From: Marinomonas sp.
GTDB lineage: Bacteria; Pseudomonadota; Alphaproteobacteria; Sphingomonadales; Sphingomonadaceae
DNA: 64,000 nt
Direction of reading: 5' to 3'
Assembly (NCBI GenBank): GCA_039967435.1
Contig: JBDVRS010000006.1
Location: forward strand, 507,882 to 571,881
A program made the position numbers and the translations under genes. Below the pieces are notes generated by a model, which made no database searches, had not been told where the DNA came from, and saw only the letters and a list, made by a program, of their open reading frames with translations. Shown piece by piece: positions 29,301-38,052 of this stretch. Within the stretch, counting starts at the first letter, position 1. Every line of letters begins with the position of its first letter.

Positions 29301-29424
29301 CAGCATTGGCTGCAGCAGCCTCGCCCTCGCCAGCACTATCTTGGGCGATTGCGCCTTGCGAAGACAAACACCCAATCGCTGTTCCGGATAGCAAAATGGC
29401 GACCTTCTTGCCGAGTTTCTTCAT
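26353..29424 (-). CDS. TonB-dependent receptor
   Basis: Signal peptide, TonB box IVVTGTRI, plug motifs LLVNGRR and RVEVLRDGASAVYGADAVAGVVN, C-terminal Phe. Start moved to ATG 29424. Confidence 0.95.
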   Translation of the reverse strand: MKKLGKKVAILLSGTAIGCLSSQGAIAQDSAGEGEAAAANADAQETAIVVTGTRIQGAQINDILPITVVGEADVDVIDPASGDELFRAIPQAGSVAFNDQSTVGGVNGARGDIASINLRGIGTGNTLLLVNGRRMVLNPGFQTELLVPVVSPDTNQILPGSVRRVEVLRDGASAVYGADAVAGVVNTILRGDLDGGYVQGNYRASTGTSLYSTSLRAGYGFDFGEGRGNFSLYGYYFHENGAPSSIRDYASDSDRRRFVEGTAFEGDTQIDNSSNDSPWGEFDIQASRGSTDLNDDDFFVRPCGAFEDVNAISDSRFLDLGNGICADNGTTQTRAQRYNIEGDRDLFSEKDRYSVSGLFRYELSPAVEFYAEGSYYRSDSNRNLEQRSNLTAAPIPVLPTAFWNPLGAATLADGSPNPNRLTSGIDGIGPDGATIIIEDYRPIDAGPRNVRVKKDVFRLVGGLRGDFFGWDFDAGLLYSQANTNDFTSNRISNSLFQAAINRTDSTAYNPFNGACVDNVDSGDCTANPQSVIDTFVIDVFRKGETTLALADFKLSKSDLFTLPGGNVGLATGVEFRRETFEDDRDPRLDGTTTFTNAFNGNFFGSDVMGSSPSPDTSGNREVYSVFAETFIPLVSADMGIPLMEELTVQLAGRLERFSDIKETAIVPRAAAAWTVTDGILLRGAWSQGFRAPNLIQVNDLGTTRSNTRDDFVQCAAQIAKAEIASFDDCSGSGTVSLRTGTNELQPEDTESVNLGLVLEPGFIPGLTLTADYWRVKQEGIVGVFGDSNQIALDLVQRLNGGTNPNVERAAPDQDQIDLFAGTGLEAAGDIIRVLDPYLNLDTRVSKGWDFGVFYKVPDFGLGDFNLKVNAAYLDSFFQSPGADGQTLLDAVDDGTLPGISIANTGQVRQLNGRPKWRFSGSVRWDSGPVRVSLFGRYVGKVSDTSLVQDDTGDLFQVDDWFTMNAAISYKIENDTGLDGTRLRVGFNNIFNKQPPIADQSFGFFSNLHSARGRQFTVSLRKDF

Positions 29425-29541
29425 GAATTTCCCTCCCTGTTTTGTTGCCCTAGCATCGCTGGGACAATATCTATGCGCGTTCTGGTGCCGCAACTGGAGC
29501 AGCAACGCAAACTCTTCGCTCAATCAAAGCGGGGCTTAGGT

Positions 29542-29556
29542 ATAAATGGAGGTTAT
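29542..29556 (-). promoter_or_regulatory. LysR-type box upstream of the TBDR operon
   Basis: Minus strand reads ATAAC-CTCCA-TTTAT, T-N11-A, with the same ATAAC arm as 20878-20892. Confidence 0.5.
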
Positions 29557-29563
29557 GGATTTG

Positions 29564-30481
29564 CTAAGTTCTGGACGATTGCATGGCGCCAATGCCGCGC
29601 TGCAAATCTTTCACCGCCCGCTCTAGCGCTGCAGTAGCTTCATCAATTTTTTGCCCGAATGGGTGGTCAACCAATCGGCTCGCAAAAATTGGAAACGAAG
29701 GAAAATCTTTCAGGAGATGTCTTTGGAGTCCGGCACCTAAGTAGGAATAAGCTGTATATTGGTCCGTAATTGCAATGCCCAATTGCTTGCGCGCGAGCGA
29801 CAATGCAACGTGGTAAGTGTGGGCCGTAATCACTGTCTTAGGCACGATATCACGGCGCAAAAGCTCTTGCTCAACTATCCCGCCCAAAGGGCCGCTTTCT
29901 TGAATGCCGATAAAGTCTTCATTTGCGAGCAATCCGGCAACATCTTGCTCATTCCCCTCATGCAAGGCGTGCGCTGAGACCATTGCAAATGCGCCTGTGC
30001 CGACTTGTTTGGTCAGAATTCGTGAGTCATGGATCGGCTCAAAACCAATGGAGAGATCGCTTTGTTTTTCGAGCAATACCCTCGCCAAATCAGCAGAATG
30101 GAGCGTTGTCAGTTCAAAACTAAGACTGTCATCTGTGACGCGCATCCGCGAAATTAATTCTGGCCCTACCGATAGGCTAAGCGAGGGAAGGACACTCAAT
30201 CGCATGTGCCCGCCGCGGCGCTGTCGAATGTTATCCAGAGAACGGTTGAAGGATGCTAGCCGCCCATAAAGATCGTCTGCTTCTCCAAACAATTCATCGG
30301 CAGCAGGCGTTGGTTTTAACCTGCCTTTGCTGCGCTGAAAAAGCTCTATTCCAAGCTGATCCTCGGTATGGCGCAGCACCTTGCTTACCGAAGGTTGCGA
30401 GACATTCAAATCGCGCGCCGCCCCGCTAATCGAGCCTGCGCGATAGACGTGATAAAAGATCTCTAACTGCCTGATTCGCAT
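29564..30481 (-). CDS. LysR family transcriptional regulator
   Basis: N-terminal HTH (GSISGAARDLNVSQPSVSK...LFQR...PTPAA) plus a substrate-binding domain. Confidence 0.93.
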   Translation of the reverse strand: MRIRQLEIFYHVYRAGSISGAARDLNVSQPSVSKVLRHTEDQLGIELFQRSKGRLKPTPAADELFGEADDLYGRLASFNRSLDNIRQRRGGHMRLSVLPSLSLSVGPELISRMRVTDDSLSFELTTLHSADLARVLLEKQSDLSIGFEPIHDSRILTKQVGTGAFAMVSAHALHEGNEQDVAGLLANEDFIGIQESGPLGGIVEQELLRRDIVPKTVITAHTYHVALSLARKQLGIAITDQYTAYSYLGAGLQRHLLKDFPSFPIFASRLVDHPFGQKIDEATAALERAVKDLQRGIGAMQSSRT

Positions 30482-30692
30482 TCGGCACTTTCATCCACAT
30501 GTGCAGGCTTTGGCAATGGCAAAGAGTGAAGTCAGGACGACAGATTTGATCGAGGGCAGGCAAAATCATTCGGAGTATTCAGGCGGGCGGTCAATATCTG
30601 AAACGGCCAACCCATGTTGCATTAAGTCCGCTTTCCACCCCAATTTCAAACATTAGATTAAATCGTCTACCCGACCAGAGCAGACAAAATGC

Positions 30693-31304
30693 CTAAGCCG
30701 GGGGCTCGTCACCTGCCCCGCTCACAGCCCCAATGATCTTCTTAATCATCCGCCGCGCCATCAGCAGTAGGCCTGCGACAAAGGCGAACAGAACCAGCGC
30801 AATGCCGCCTGCTACCCATGGGTATTCATAGGTGGTGTAGAGAAGCCCAGCGGTCGCGACATCCTCTGCGGTGGAGACCATCACATTGCTCACCGGCTCT
30901 GGCGAGGCGTTGACCACGCCGCGCGCGCCGGCCTTGCCTGCATGGGCTGCAAAGCTCGCGCCGCCGCCCAGCAGAAACGCGATGATCTGCATAGTTGGGT
31001 CGGAGGGATCAACGATGGCCAGCGCCAGCAATGCGCCGCCCACGGGCCGCACGAGTGTGTGGATCGTGTCCCATGCGCTATCGAGCCACATGACTTTATC
31101 AGCAAAGAACTCCGCCAGCGCGCCGACCGCCGCAATGCCGAGCACCCAAGGGTTGGCGAGCACTTCAAGGCTGGCGAGATGTTCGGGGATGGGAATGGCA
31201 TTGAATCGCATCGCAAGACCGGTTGCAAAGACACACAGATACAGCCTCCAGCCCGCCAAAAGGCTAACGCTGCCCGCGATCCCGATGATCTCCATAATGC
31301 CCAT
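30693..31304 (-). CDS. DUF4126-like membrane protein
   Basis: LAGWRLYL, AEFFADK, WDTIHT..RP.GGA, HAGKAG.R and SPEP.SN...S..ED pattern. Confidence 0.75.
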   Translation of the reverse strand: MGIMEIIGIAGSVSLLAGWRLYLCVFATGLAMRFNAIPIPEHLASLEVLANPWVLGIAAVGALAEFFADKVMWLDSAWDTIHTLVRPVGGALLALAIVDPSDPTMQIIAFLLGGGASFAAHAGKAGARGVVNASPEPVSNVMVSTAEDVATAGLLYTTYEYPWVAGGIALVLFAFVAGLLLMARRMIKKIIGAVSGAGDEPPA

Positions 31305-31385
31305 AAATGTGTCCCCTCTTCCCAATAGGTGGGGTGAAAAGGGCGAAATTTCAAGGTTTAGAGCGTGCTCGCTGATTGCAGAGGA

Positions 31386-31970
31386 TTACTCAGCGTAAAG
31401 GTCAGGGTCCGCCTCATCGCCATCTTCGAGTTGAATGCCGAAGGAATTAAGCATCATCGACACCTGCGTGTACTGTCCCACGGTCATCACCAGATCCATC
31501 CGGCCCCGGTCGCCCAGATCATCCAGCGCATCCCAAGTGGCTTGGCTGACATGGTGGTTTGCGACCAGCTCATCGGCCGCGCGCAGCATTGCCGCCTCGC
31601 GCTCGCTCCAACCGTCTGCCTCTGCGCCCAGTTTGATGCGGGCAATATCCGCCTCGCTCAGCCCGCAAGCTTTGCCAATGCGCGTATGTTGAACGAATTC
31701 ATAACCGGATTTGCAGAGCCAGCCGGTGCGCAAAATCACTATCTCTCGCTCGCGCGCATCCAGTGAATTGCGCCGCGACATGATGTAATTGCCCCAGCCG
31801 ATAAAGGCGGTCAGCGCCTTGGGCGAATGGGCAAGAGTGCGAAAAATATTGAGCACTCGCCCCCCGCCGACCTTATTATTGGGGTCGGCAAAGGGGGCAA
31901 GCGCCTCGCGCTGCGCCTCGTCGAGCTGCTCCATCAGGAGCGGCTCAATCCGAGGTTTGCGCAGTCTCAT
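31386..31970 (-). CDS. Carboxymuconolactone decarboxylase/AhpD-like protein
   Basis: NIFRTLAHSP, REIVILRTGWLC...YEFVQH. Confidence 0.78.
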   Translation of the reverse strand: MRLRKPRIEPLLMEQLDEAQREALAPFADPNNKVGGGRVLNIFRTLAHSPKALTAFIGWGNYIMSRRNSLDAREREIVILRTGWLCKSGYEFVQHTRIGKACGLSEADIARIKLGAEADGWSEREAAMLRAADELVANHHVSQATWDALDDLGDRGRMDLVMTVGQYTQVSMMLNSFGIQLEDGDEADPDLYAE

Positions 31971-31988
31971 GTTAAGAGGGGCTCATTC

Positions 31989-33167
31989 TTACAGTACTTC
32001 GAACATGCCAGCAGCACCCATGCCGCCGCCAACACACATGGTCACAACGACATATTTCGCGCCGCGACGTTTGCCTTCGATCAATGCGTGGCCAACGCAG
32101 CGCGCGCCAGTCATGCCATATGGGTGGCCGATGGAGATCGAGCCGCCATTGACGTTCAAAATGCTGTTATCAATGCCGAGCTGATCGCGGCAATAAAGAA
32201 CCTGAACTGCGAAAGCTTCGTTCAGCTCCCACAGGCCAACCTCTTCCATTTTCACGCCAGTTTGCTTGAGCAATTTCGGGATCGCGAAAACGGGGCCAAT
32301 GCCCATTTCGTCAGGCTCGGTTCCAGCCACTGCCATGCCGACATAACGGCCAAGCGGAGTGAGACCTTTTTGCTCAGCAAGCTTGGCTTCCATCACGACG
32401 CTGGCCGATGAACCATCGGAAAGCTGCGATGCGTTGCCCGCGGTGATGAACTTATCAGGGCCCATGACAGGCTTCAGGCTTTGCAGGCCTTCCAATGTGG
32501 TTGAAGGACGGTTGCCTTCATCCTTGGTCACGGTGTGCTCAACCTGAGACACTTCGCCGCTTTCCTTGTCTTTCACCATCATGGTGGTGGTGACAGGCAC
32601 GATTTCATCGTCAAACTTGCCCGCTTCTTGAGCAGCAGCCGTGCGCATTTGCGATTCCAGCGCATATTCATCCTGCGCTTCGCGGCTGATATTGTAGCGC
32701 GAAGCCACGGTTTCAGCAGTGCTCAGCATTGGCATGTAAATGTCTTTGTGCATTGCGATCAGCGAAGGATCAGCAGCCACCCGCATTTCAGGAGTTTGCA
32801 CGAGGCTGATCGAATCTTGGCCGCCGCCAACGACAATGTCCATATTGTCGACAATGATCTGCTTGGCAGCGGTTGAAATCGCCATCAGGCCGCTGGAGCA
32901 CTGACGGTCAATCGTTTGGCCCGACACTGTTGTCGGCGCGCCGCCGCGCAAAGCAACCAAACGGCCAAGGCCGCCCGCTTGCGTGCCCTGTTGCAGCGCG
33001 CTGCCCCAGATCACATCATCAATTTCTGCTGGATCAATGCCTGCGCGTTCAACCGCTGGGGCAAAGGATGCGGCACCAAGAGTAGCGCCAGGTGTGGCGT
33101 TAAATGCGCCTTTATATGCACGGCCAATTGGGGTCCGAGCGGTGGATACGATGACTGCGTCGCGCAT
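31989..33167 (-). CDS. Acetyl-CoA C-acyltransferase (thiolase)
   Basis: [26 protein letters not shown] and TMCVGGGMG motifs. Confidence 0.93.
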   Translation of the reverse strand: MRDAVIVSTARTPIGRAYKGAFNATPGATLGAASFAPAVERAGIDPAEIDDVIWGSALQQGTQAGGLGRLVALRGGAPTTVSGQTIDRQCSSGLMAISTAAKQIIVDNMDIVVGGGQDSISLVQTPEMRVAADPSLIAMHKDIYMPMLSTAETVASRYNISREAQDEYALESQMRTAAAQEAGKFDDEIVPVTTTMMVKDKESGEVSQVEHTVTKDEGNRPSTTLEGLQSLKPVMGPDKFITAGNASQLSDGSSASVVMEAKLAEQKGLTPLGRYVGMAVAGTEPDEMGIGPVFAIPKLLKQTGVKMEEVGLWELNEAFAVQVLYCRDQLGIDNSILNVNGGSISIGHPYGMTGARCVGHALIEGKRRGAKYVVVTMCVGGGMGAAGMFEVL

Positions 33168-33251
33168 GGCGAGCTCCTTATATTGTGTAGCAAAATCTGC
33201 GGCCCCTCCCCAGCTCTAGTTCGAGCGCAGAGATGAGCCGTTAGGGGGTTA

Positions 33252-33704
33252 TTAGACGAAGAATTGCGTGATCCACTCGCAGATCAGCGCAGGCTTATCT
33301 TCGCCTTCGATCTCAAGTGTAATTTCGCAAGTTTGCTGCCATTGGCCGGGGCGCTTTTCGACCATTTCGGTCAGCTTCCAATGGCCGCGAATACGTTTGC
33401 CTGCGCGCACTGGTGCGATAAAGCGGGTTTTGTTGCCGCCATAATTTACGCCCATTTTCACGCCGTCCATTTTCGGAATGTTCGAATTGGCGGAAAGATA
33501 TGGGATCATCGAAAGCGTCATAAAGCCATGCGCAATTGTGCCGCCAAACGGCGTCATTTTGGCAGCTTCTTCATCGATGTGAATGAATTGATGATCGCCA
33601 GTGGCATCGGCGAACATGTTGATTTTTTCCTGAGCCATTTCGACCCATTCGCTGGTGCCGATATTTTCGCCGACTTTTGCAGCGATTTCTTGTGGGGTGG
33701 TCAT
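33252..33704 (-). CDS. MaoC/NodN-like dehydratase
   Basis: FADATGDHQFIHID, PFGGTIAHGF and NYGGNKTRF. Start moved to ATG 33704, after GAGGAG. Confidence 0.88.
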   Translation of the reverse strand: MTTPQEIAAKVGENIGTSEWVEMAQEKINMFADATGDHQFIHIDEEAAKMTPFGGTIAHGFMTLSMIPYLSANSNIPKMDGVKMGVNYGGNKTRFIAPVRAGKRIRGHWKLTEMVEKRPGQWQQTCEITLEIEGEDKPALICEWITQFFV

Positions 33705-33931
33705 ACGCCTCTCCTCTTGCAGGTTAACTCTATAACCCACTTCATGAAGCATCATGACGATAAGCGCAATGTAGTTTCCGTAGACGTCAACCTGCCGCTA
33801 CGGCATGGCGTATTCGCCGGTAAGAAGACTGCGGCGCGTTGCAAATCTGATCGGCTTTGGACCCAAATTTGCGGCCAGAAAACGAATCGCAAAGGGACGT
33901 TCATGAGGCATTTGGGTGCGTCTAAGCGCGT

Positions 33932-35047
33932 CTAAACGCTGGGGCTCGGCTTCATCCGCACGGATTTGGCAAAGGGCGAGCGCGCATTCATCCAGCGCTG
34001 TGCCGGTTTTTCAAACCCGCAATAGAGCGCCGCAGACATCGCCATAATACCGGCCAGAAACGCCGCCAGCTGCATCCAGCTCAGTTGCAAGTCCGGCCCA
34101 ACAAATGCGATCTTGAACAGGATAAAGGCGAAATAGTGCACCAGGTAGGTCGCATAGCTAATATCGCCCAGCCACAGCAGCGGCTTGGCCGAAAGCACAG
34201 CGGCAAACTTGCCGGCGTTGCTGGCGAAAATCATCAATATGCTCGCAATCAGCACCGGCATAAAGGCGGTTTCTGGTACATTGGCGAACATGCCGATCAG
34301 CGCCGCAGCGCAGGCTGCCAATGCCCAGCACAATGTAGCGCTAAGCCCTTGCCCGAAACGCTGCCAAATATTGGCCAGAACGATGCCAATGAAAAACTCA
34401 ATGATACAGCGTACTAGGCCCATTTGCGCGATATTGTCGCCCAAATCAGTGAGGCCGTTCAGCGCGAAAAAGCCGTAAAGCCCCGCCAATGCTGCGCCCA
34501 ATATGGCGAGCAAAACCGGCGCGCTCAGCTGCCGCCAAGCAATAGCGCACACGATGAGCGGAAAGACCAGATATGCGCCGAGCTCTGTGCTGATCGACCA
34601 AGCGGGATGGTTCCAACTAAGAGCATCGGTAAAGCCCCAGTTTTGCACCAGCATAATATGCAAAGGCAGCTCACCCAAGGGATACTCATCAATTGGCCGC
34701 TTTGTCACAATCAACAAAGCAGCAAATGCGATCATTCCCGCCATGATGAGCGCATGAAGCGGCCAAATGCGAGCAACGCGCTTCCAAAGAAAGCTGGGTG
34801 TTTCGCGTAGGCCATTTTGCGCAAAGCGGTCGCCGTAATTCAGCCACATGACAAAGCCCGACAGCATGAAAAACAGGTCCACCGCAAGATAGCCCTTGGC
34901 CAGAAATGCGATCGTATCGCTGGGCAAAAGAGCCGTCAGGCTGAGGCGAATGTGGTAAAATACGACGAGCCATGCCGCGATACCGCGCAGGCCGGTTAGC
35001 GCATCAAGTTGGAGAACTGGCGCTTTACCCGTCGCTGGACCGCTCAC
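33932..35047 (-). CDS. Acyltransferase family 3 (OafA-like membrane O-acyltransferase)
   Basis: LTGLRGIAA..VV.YH, AVDLFFMLSGF, WSISTE and GDISYATYLVH. Confidence 0.88.
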   Translation of the reverse strand: MSGPATGKAPVLQLDALTGLRGIAAWLVVFYHIRLSLTALLPSDTIAFLAKGYLAVDLFFMLSGFVMWLNYGDRFAQNGLRETPSFLWKRVARIWPLHALIMAGMIAFAALLIVTKRPIDEYPLGELPLHIMLVQNWGFTDALSWNHPAWSISTELGAYLVFPLIVCAIAWRQLSAPVLLAILGAALAGLYGFFALNGLTDLGDNIAQMGLVRCIIEFFIGIVLANIWQRFGQGLSATLCWALAACAAALIGMFANVPETAFMPVLIASILMIFASNAGKFAAVLSAKPLLWLGDISYATYLVHYFAFILFKIAFVGPDLQLSWMQLAAFLAGIMAMSAALYCGFEKPAQRWMNARSPFAKSVRMKPSPSV

Positions 35048-36489
35048 GGTTTTTCAATGTTGAGTTGCGGCGCGGCGGGCTGCGGCCATCCGCCGGCGGG
35101 CTTCGCGCGTTTGCCGCGTGATGGCCCTGCATGTTTCACGGCCCGTTTGCTTGAGCGTTTGCCGCGCCTTGGCGTTTCTTCGCTTTGCTCTTCGCGGTTC
35201 AAATAGGTCGTCAGGCCAATCTGGATCGCCAACAGAACCAGCATAAACGGCTGATAGGCAATGCCAGTGAACAAAGCGCCCACCAAATAGATGATCTGCG
35301 CTTTCATCAGCGCAGCGGCCAGCGGCGCTTTCCATTTGTGCGCGTCATCCTGCGTATCGCGCCATTTGCGAATGATCAGGCGCATATGCAGCAATCCGGT
35401 GATTTGCAGAATGCTCCAGATGATCAAGCCGATGAACCCTTGCTCGCCCAGCACTTCGAAATAGGCGGAGTGATAGGCGCGGCCTTCATCGGTCACTTCT
35501 TGATAGCTGACGACGCTGGTGTTGCCGTTTTCCTCTTCCACCGGCAGCGTGTAGGTGAAGGAATTGCCTTTAAATGCATCAAAGCCGCCGCCCATCGGAT
35601 TGGTCGCGACATATTCCATCGTCCATGTCCAAACCGCAACGCGGGTGGAGGCGGATTCGTCCGACTGATAGTTAGAGATCGTCGACATGCGGTCGTAAAA
35701 ACTGGACGGCAGGAATGGCAAAGAGATCAGGCCAAGCACCATACCGCCTGCGGCGAACAAAGCCTTTTGCTTCACATGGCGGAACATGATCGCGCCCAGC
35801 ACGGCAATACAGACCAGACCCGTGCGCGCTTCTGTGCCGACAGGGATCAGCAGGCACGCAAAGATCAGCGCAATGCAGAAGGTTTTGGAGCGCCAATCGG
35901 GCGGGAAGATGGTGCTGTTTTGCATCGCCCAAATGACCATTGGAATGACCGCAATGGCGATACAGGCGAGCACAGAACTTTCGTAAAGTCCGCTATTGGT
36001 GCTCACTAGGAACAGCTGGTTCTCATAGCCGCCGCCGCCAAGAACAGTCTTTATGCTCGCGCCGATGACAATGGAGGCTACGCTCAGCAACAGCACGATA
36101 ATCGCGCTTTCAATCCGCAATTTGGTTGTCAGCGTCAGCGGCAGAAAAATCGCAAAGAGCAGCGCTTTCCAGACCCAATCCCATTTGGTGAGAGCGGATT
36201 CGAGGAAATCGGCGCTTTGCGTGGTCCACCAACAATAGAGCAGCAATGCGACCATTAAGCCCTGGCGGAATGTGAAGCGCGCAGGGGCTTTATTGTCGAT
36301 CATCAACCAACCGCCAAAGGCCGCTGCAAAGGCGATCATCGATACGGGCACCGATTGAATAACGCCGTAGCCAATTTGCTGCGGCGCAACGATGTCGATG
36401 TAGAGATACAATAGCACCCAGATAAAGGGTCGCCGCACGCCAAGCATTAGGACGCAGCCGATAAAGCCAAGGAAGACGAGATCAATCAT
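35044..36489 (-). CDS. O-antigen ligase-like O-glycosylation ligase (exosortase A system-associated type)
   Basis: Multi-TM protein with DESASTR..W and AYHSAYFEVLGEQG. Confidence 0.8.
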   Translation of the reverse strand: MIDLVFLGFIGCVLMLGVRRPFIWVLLYLYIDIVAPQQIGYGVIQSVPVSMIAFAAAFGGWLMIDNKAPARFTFRQGLMVALLLYCWWTTQSADFLESALTKWDWVWKALLFAIFLPLTLTTKLRIESAIIVLLLSVASIVIGASIKTVLGGGGYENQLFLVSTNSGLYESSVLACIAIAVIPMVIWAMQNSTIFPPDWRSKTFCIALIFACLLIPVGTEARTGLVCIAVLGAIMFRHVKQKALFAAGGMVLGLISLPFLPSSFYDRMSTISNYQSDESASTRVAVWTWTMEYVATNPMGGGFDAFKGNSFTYTLPVEEENGNTSVVSYQEVTDEGRAYHSAYFEVLGEQGFIGLIIWSILQITGLLHMRLIIRKWRDTQDDAHKWKAPLAAALMKAQIIYLVGALFTGIAYQPFMLVLLAIQIGLTTYLNREEQSEETPRRGKRSSKRAVKHAGPSRGKRAKPAGGWPQPAAPQLNIEKP

Positions 36490-36677
36490 GCGGCGTCATC
36501 TGCCCCTGATTGCGCGTCCAAGGACAGATCATCGCTCGCCGGTGTATCATTCTTGGCTGCATTATGGCGGCGCTGAGGCCGGGCGACCAGAGGATCGAGC
36601 GCTTTGTTGCGCGCAATACGAAACAGGCACAGCAGTAGTAGGCCATGAGAGAGCGCCAAAGAGAAATAATCGATCAC
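36486..36677 (-). CDS. Small membrane protein, hypothetical
   Basis: GTG start gives MIDYFSLALSHGLLLLCLFRI..., one TM helix, with a 4-nt overlap to the ligase gene. Confidence 0.6.
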   Translation of the reverse strand: MIDYFSLALSHGLLLLCLFRIARNKALDPLVARPQRRHNAAKNDTPASDDLSLDAQSGADDAA

Positions 36678-36795
36678 GGTATTTGCATGCCTACGAATTG
36701 CTCTGCGCCAGAACATAATGCCCTGACTACAAACGCGCTCTAACAGCAGTCAGTTGACGCTCCGTTAAGCACATTGTGCCAAAGACATAATCATC

Positions 36796-38022
36796 ATGCG
36801 CATACTTCACGTTCTCGACCATTCGCTCCCGCTGCATAGCGGCTATACCTTTCGCACCCGTGCGATCCTCAAGGCGCAGCAGGCTGCCGGAATGGATGTG
36901 CGCGGCGTGACCGGCCTTCGTCACGAGCATGATGGCCCGCCTGTCGAAACCGTCGAAGGGCTGATGTTCCACCGCTCAGACGGTGTTGCCGAAGGGCCAG
37001 CTGGTCTGCGCGAATGGCGCGAGATTGGCCTGTTTGCAGAGGGCATCGACAAAGTGATTCGCGATTGGCGGCCCGATGTCATTCATGCGCACTCACCCGC
37101 CATTTGCGGCCACGCGGCCTTAAAGGCGGCACGCAAACACAATATTCCGCTGGTCTATGAAATCCGCGCCTTTTGGGAAGATGCCGCTGTTGGCAATGGC
37201 ACTGGACGCGAAGGTTCGGTCAAATATCGCCTCACCCGCCAGCTTGAAAATCGCGCTGTTGCAGGCGCGGATGCGGTCTTCACCATTTGCCACGGCCTGC
37301 GCGATGACTTGATGTCGCGCGGATTTAGCGGCGGCAAAATCGGCATTTCGCCCAATGGCGTTGATATGTCGCTATTTGGCGAGCCTGCCCCGCGCGATGA
37401 CGCTCTGGCAAAAGAGCTCGGCATTGGTGATGAGCCTGTGATTGGCTTCATCGGCAGCTTTTATGATTACGAAGGCATGGACGATTTGATCGCTGCCGTG
37501 CCGATATTGCGCAAGCGCCAGGCTGGTGCAAAATTGCTGCTGACCGGCGGCGGCCCGCGCGATGAAGCTTTGCGTGCCCAAGCCGCCGCTCTGCCCGATC
37601 CCGATGCCGTGATCTTTACCGGACGCGTGCCGCATAAAGAGGTTGAGCGCTATTATTCGCTGATCGACATTCTCGCCTATCCGCGCAAAGCCAGCCGCTT
37701 GACCGATCTGGTCACTCCGCTCAAACCCTTAGAGGCTATGGCGCAGCAGCGCCTAGTGGCTGCCTCTGATGTCGGCGGGCACCGCGAATTGATGACCAAT
37801 GGCGACACTGGCATACTCTTTCCCGCCGATGACCCTGCCGGATGTGCAGCAGCATTGGCCGATTGGCTGGAGCGCCGCCACGAATGGGATGCGATAAAAT
37901 CTCAGGCATTGACCCATGTTGAGGCAAGCCATGATTGGGCGAAGAATATTCAGCGTTATCAACTCGTTTACCACAATCTGCTAGCTAACACTCAACCGTC
38001 CACAATGGCCGCAGTTGCTTGA
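36796..38022 (+). CDS. GT4 glycosyltransferase (PEP-CTERM/exosortase A-associated type)
   Basis: LDHSLPLHSGYTFRT, YEIRAFWEDA, VTPLKPLEAMA and SDVGGHREL. Confidence 0.88.
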   Translation: MRILHVLDHSLPLHSGYTFRTRAILKAQQAAGMDVRGVTGLRHEHDGPPVETVEGLMFHRSDGVAEGPAGLREWREIGLFAEGIDKVIRDWRPDVIHAHSPAICGHAALKAARKHNIPLVYEIRAFWEDAAVGNGTGREGSVKYRLTRQLENRAVAGADAVFTICHGLRDDLMSRGFSGGKIGISPNGVDMSLFGEPAPRDDALAKELGIGDEPVIGFIGSFYDYEGMDDLIAAVPILRKRQAGAKLLLTGGGPRDEALRAQAAALPDPDAVIFTGRVPHKEVERYYSLIDILAYPRKASRLTDLVTPLKPLEAMAQQRLVAASDVGGHRELMTNGDTGILFPADDPAGCAAALADWLERRHEWDAIKSQALTHVEASHDWAKNIQRYQLVYHNLLANTQPSTMAAVA

Positions 38023-38052
38023 ACCCTTTGAAGGGTAAGTGATTCGTCCAAA

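Noticed and set aside
20761-30692. Calling the AT-rich block a mobile element
   Set aside because: No integrase, transposase, relaxase or clear att pair is visible; it is reported only as a probable accessory region.
33756-33931. Possible 50-codon ORF on the - strand upstream of the MaoC gene
   Set aside because: No RBS or recognisable motif; the region is better explained as a promoter (TTGACG present).
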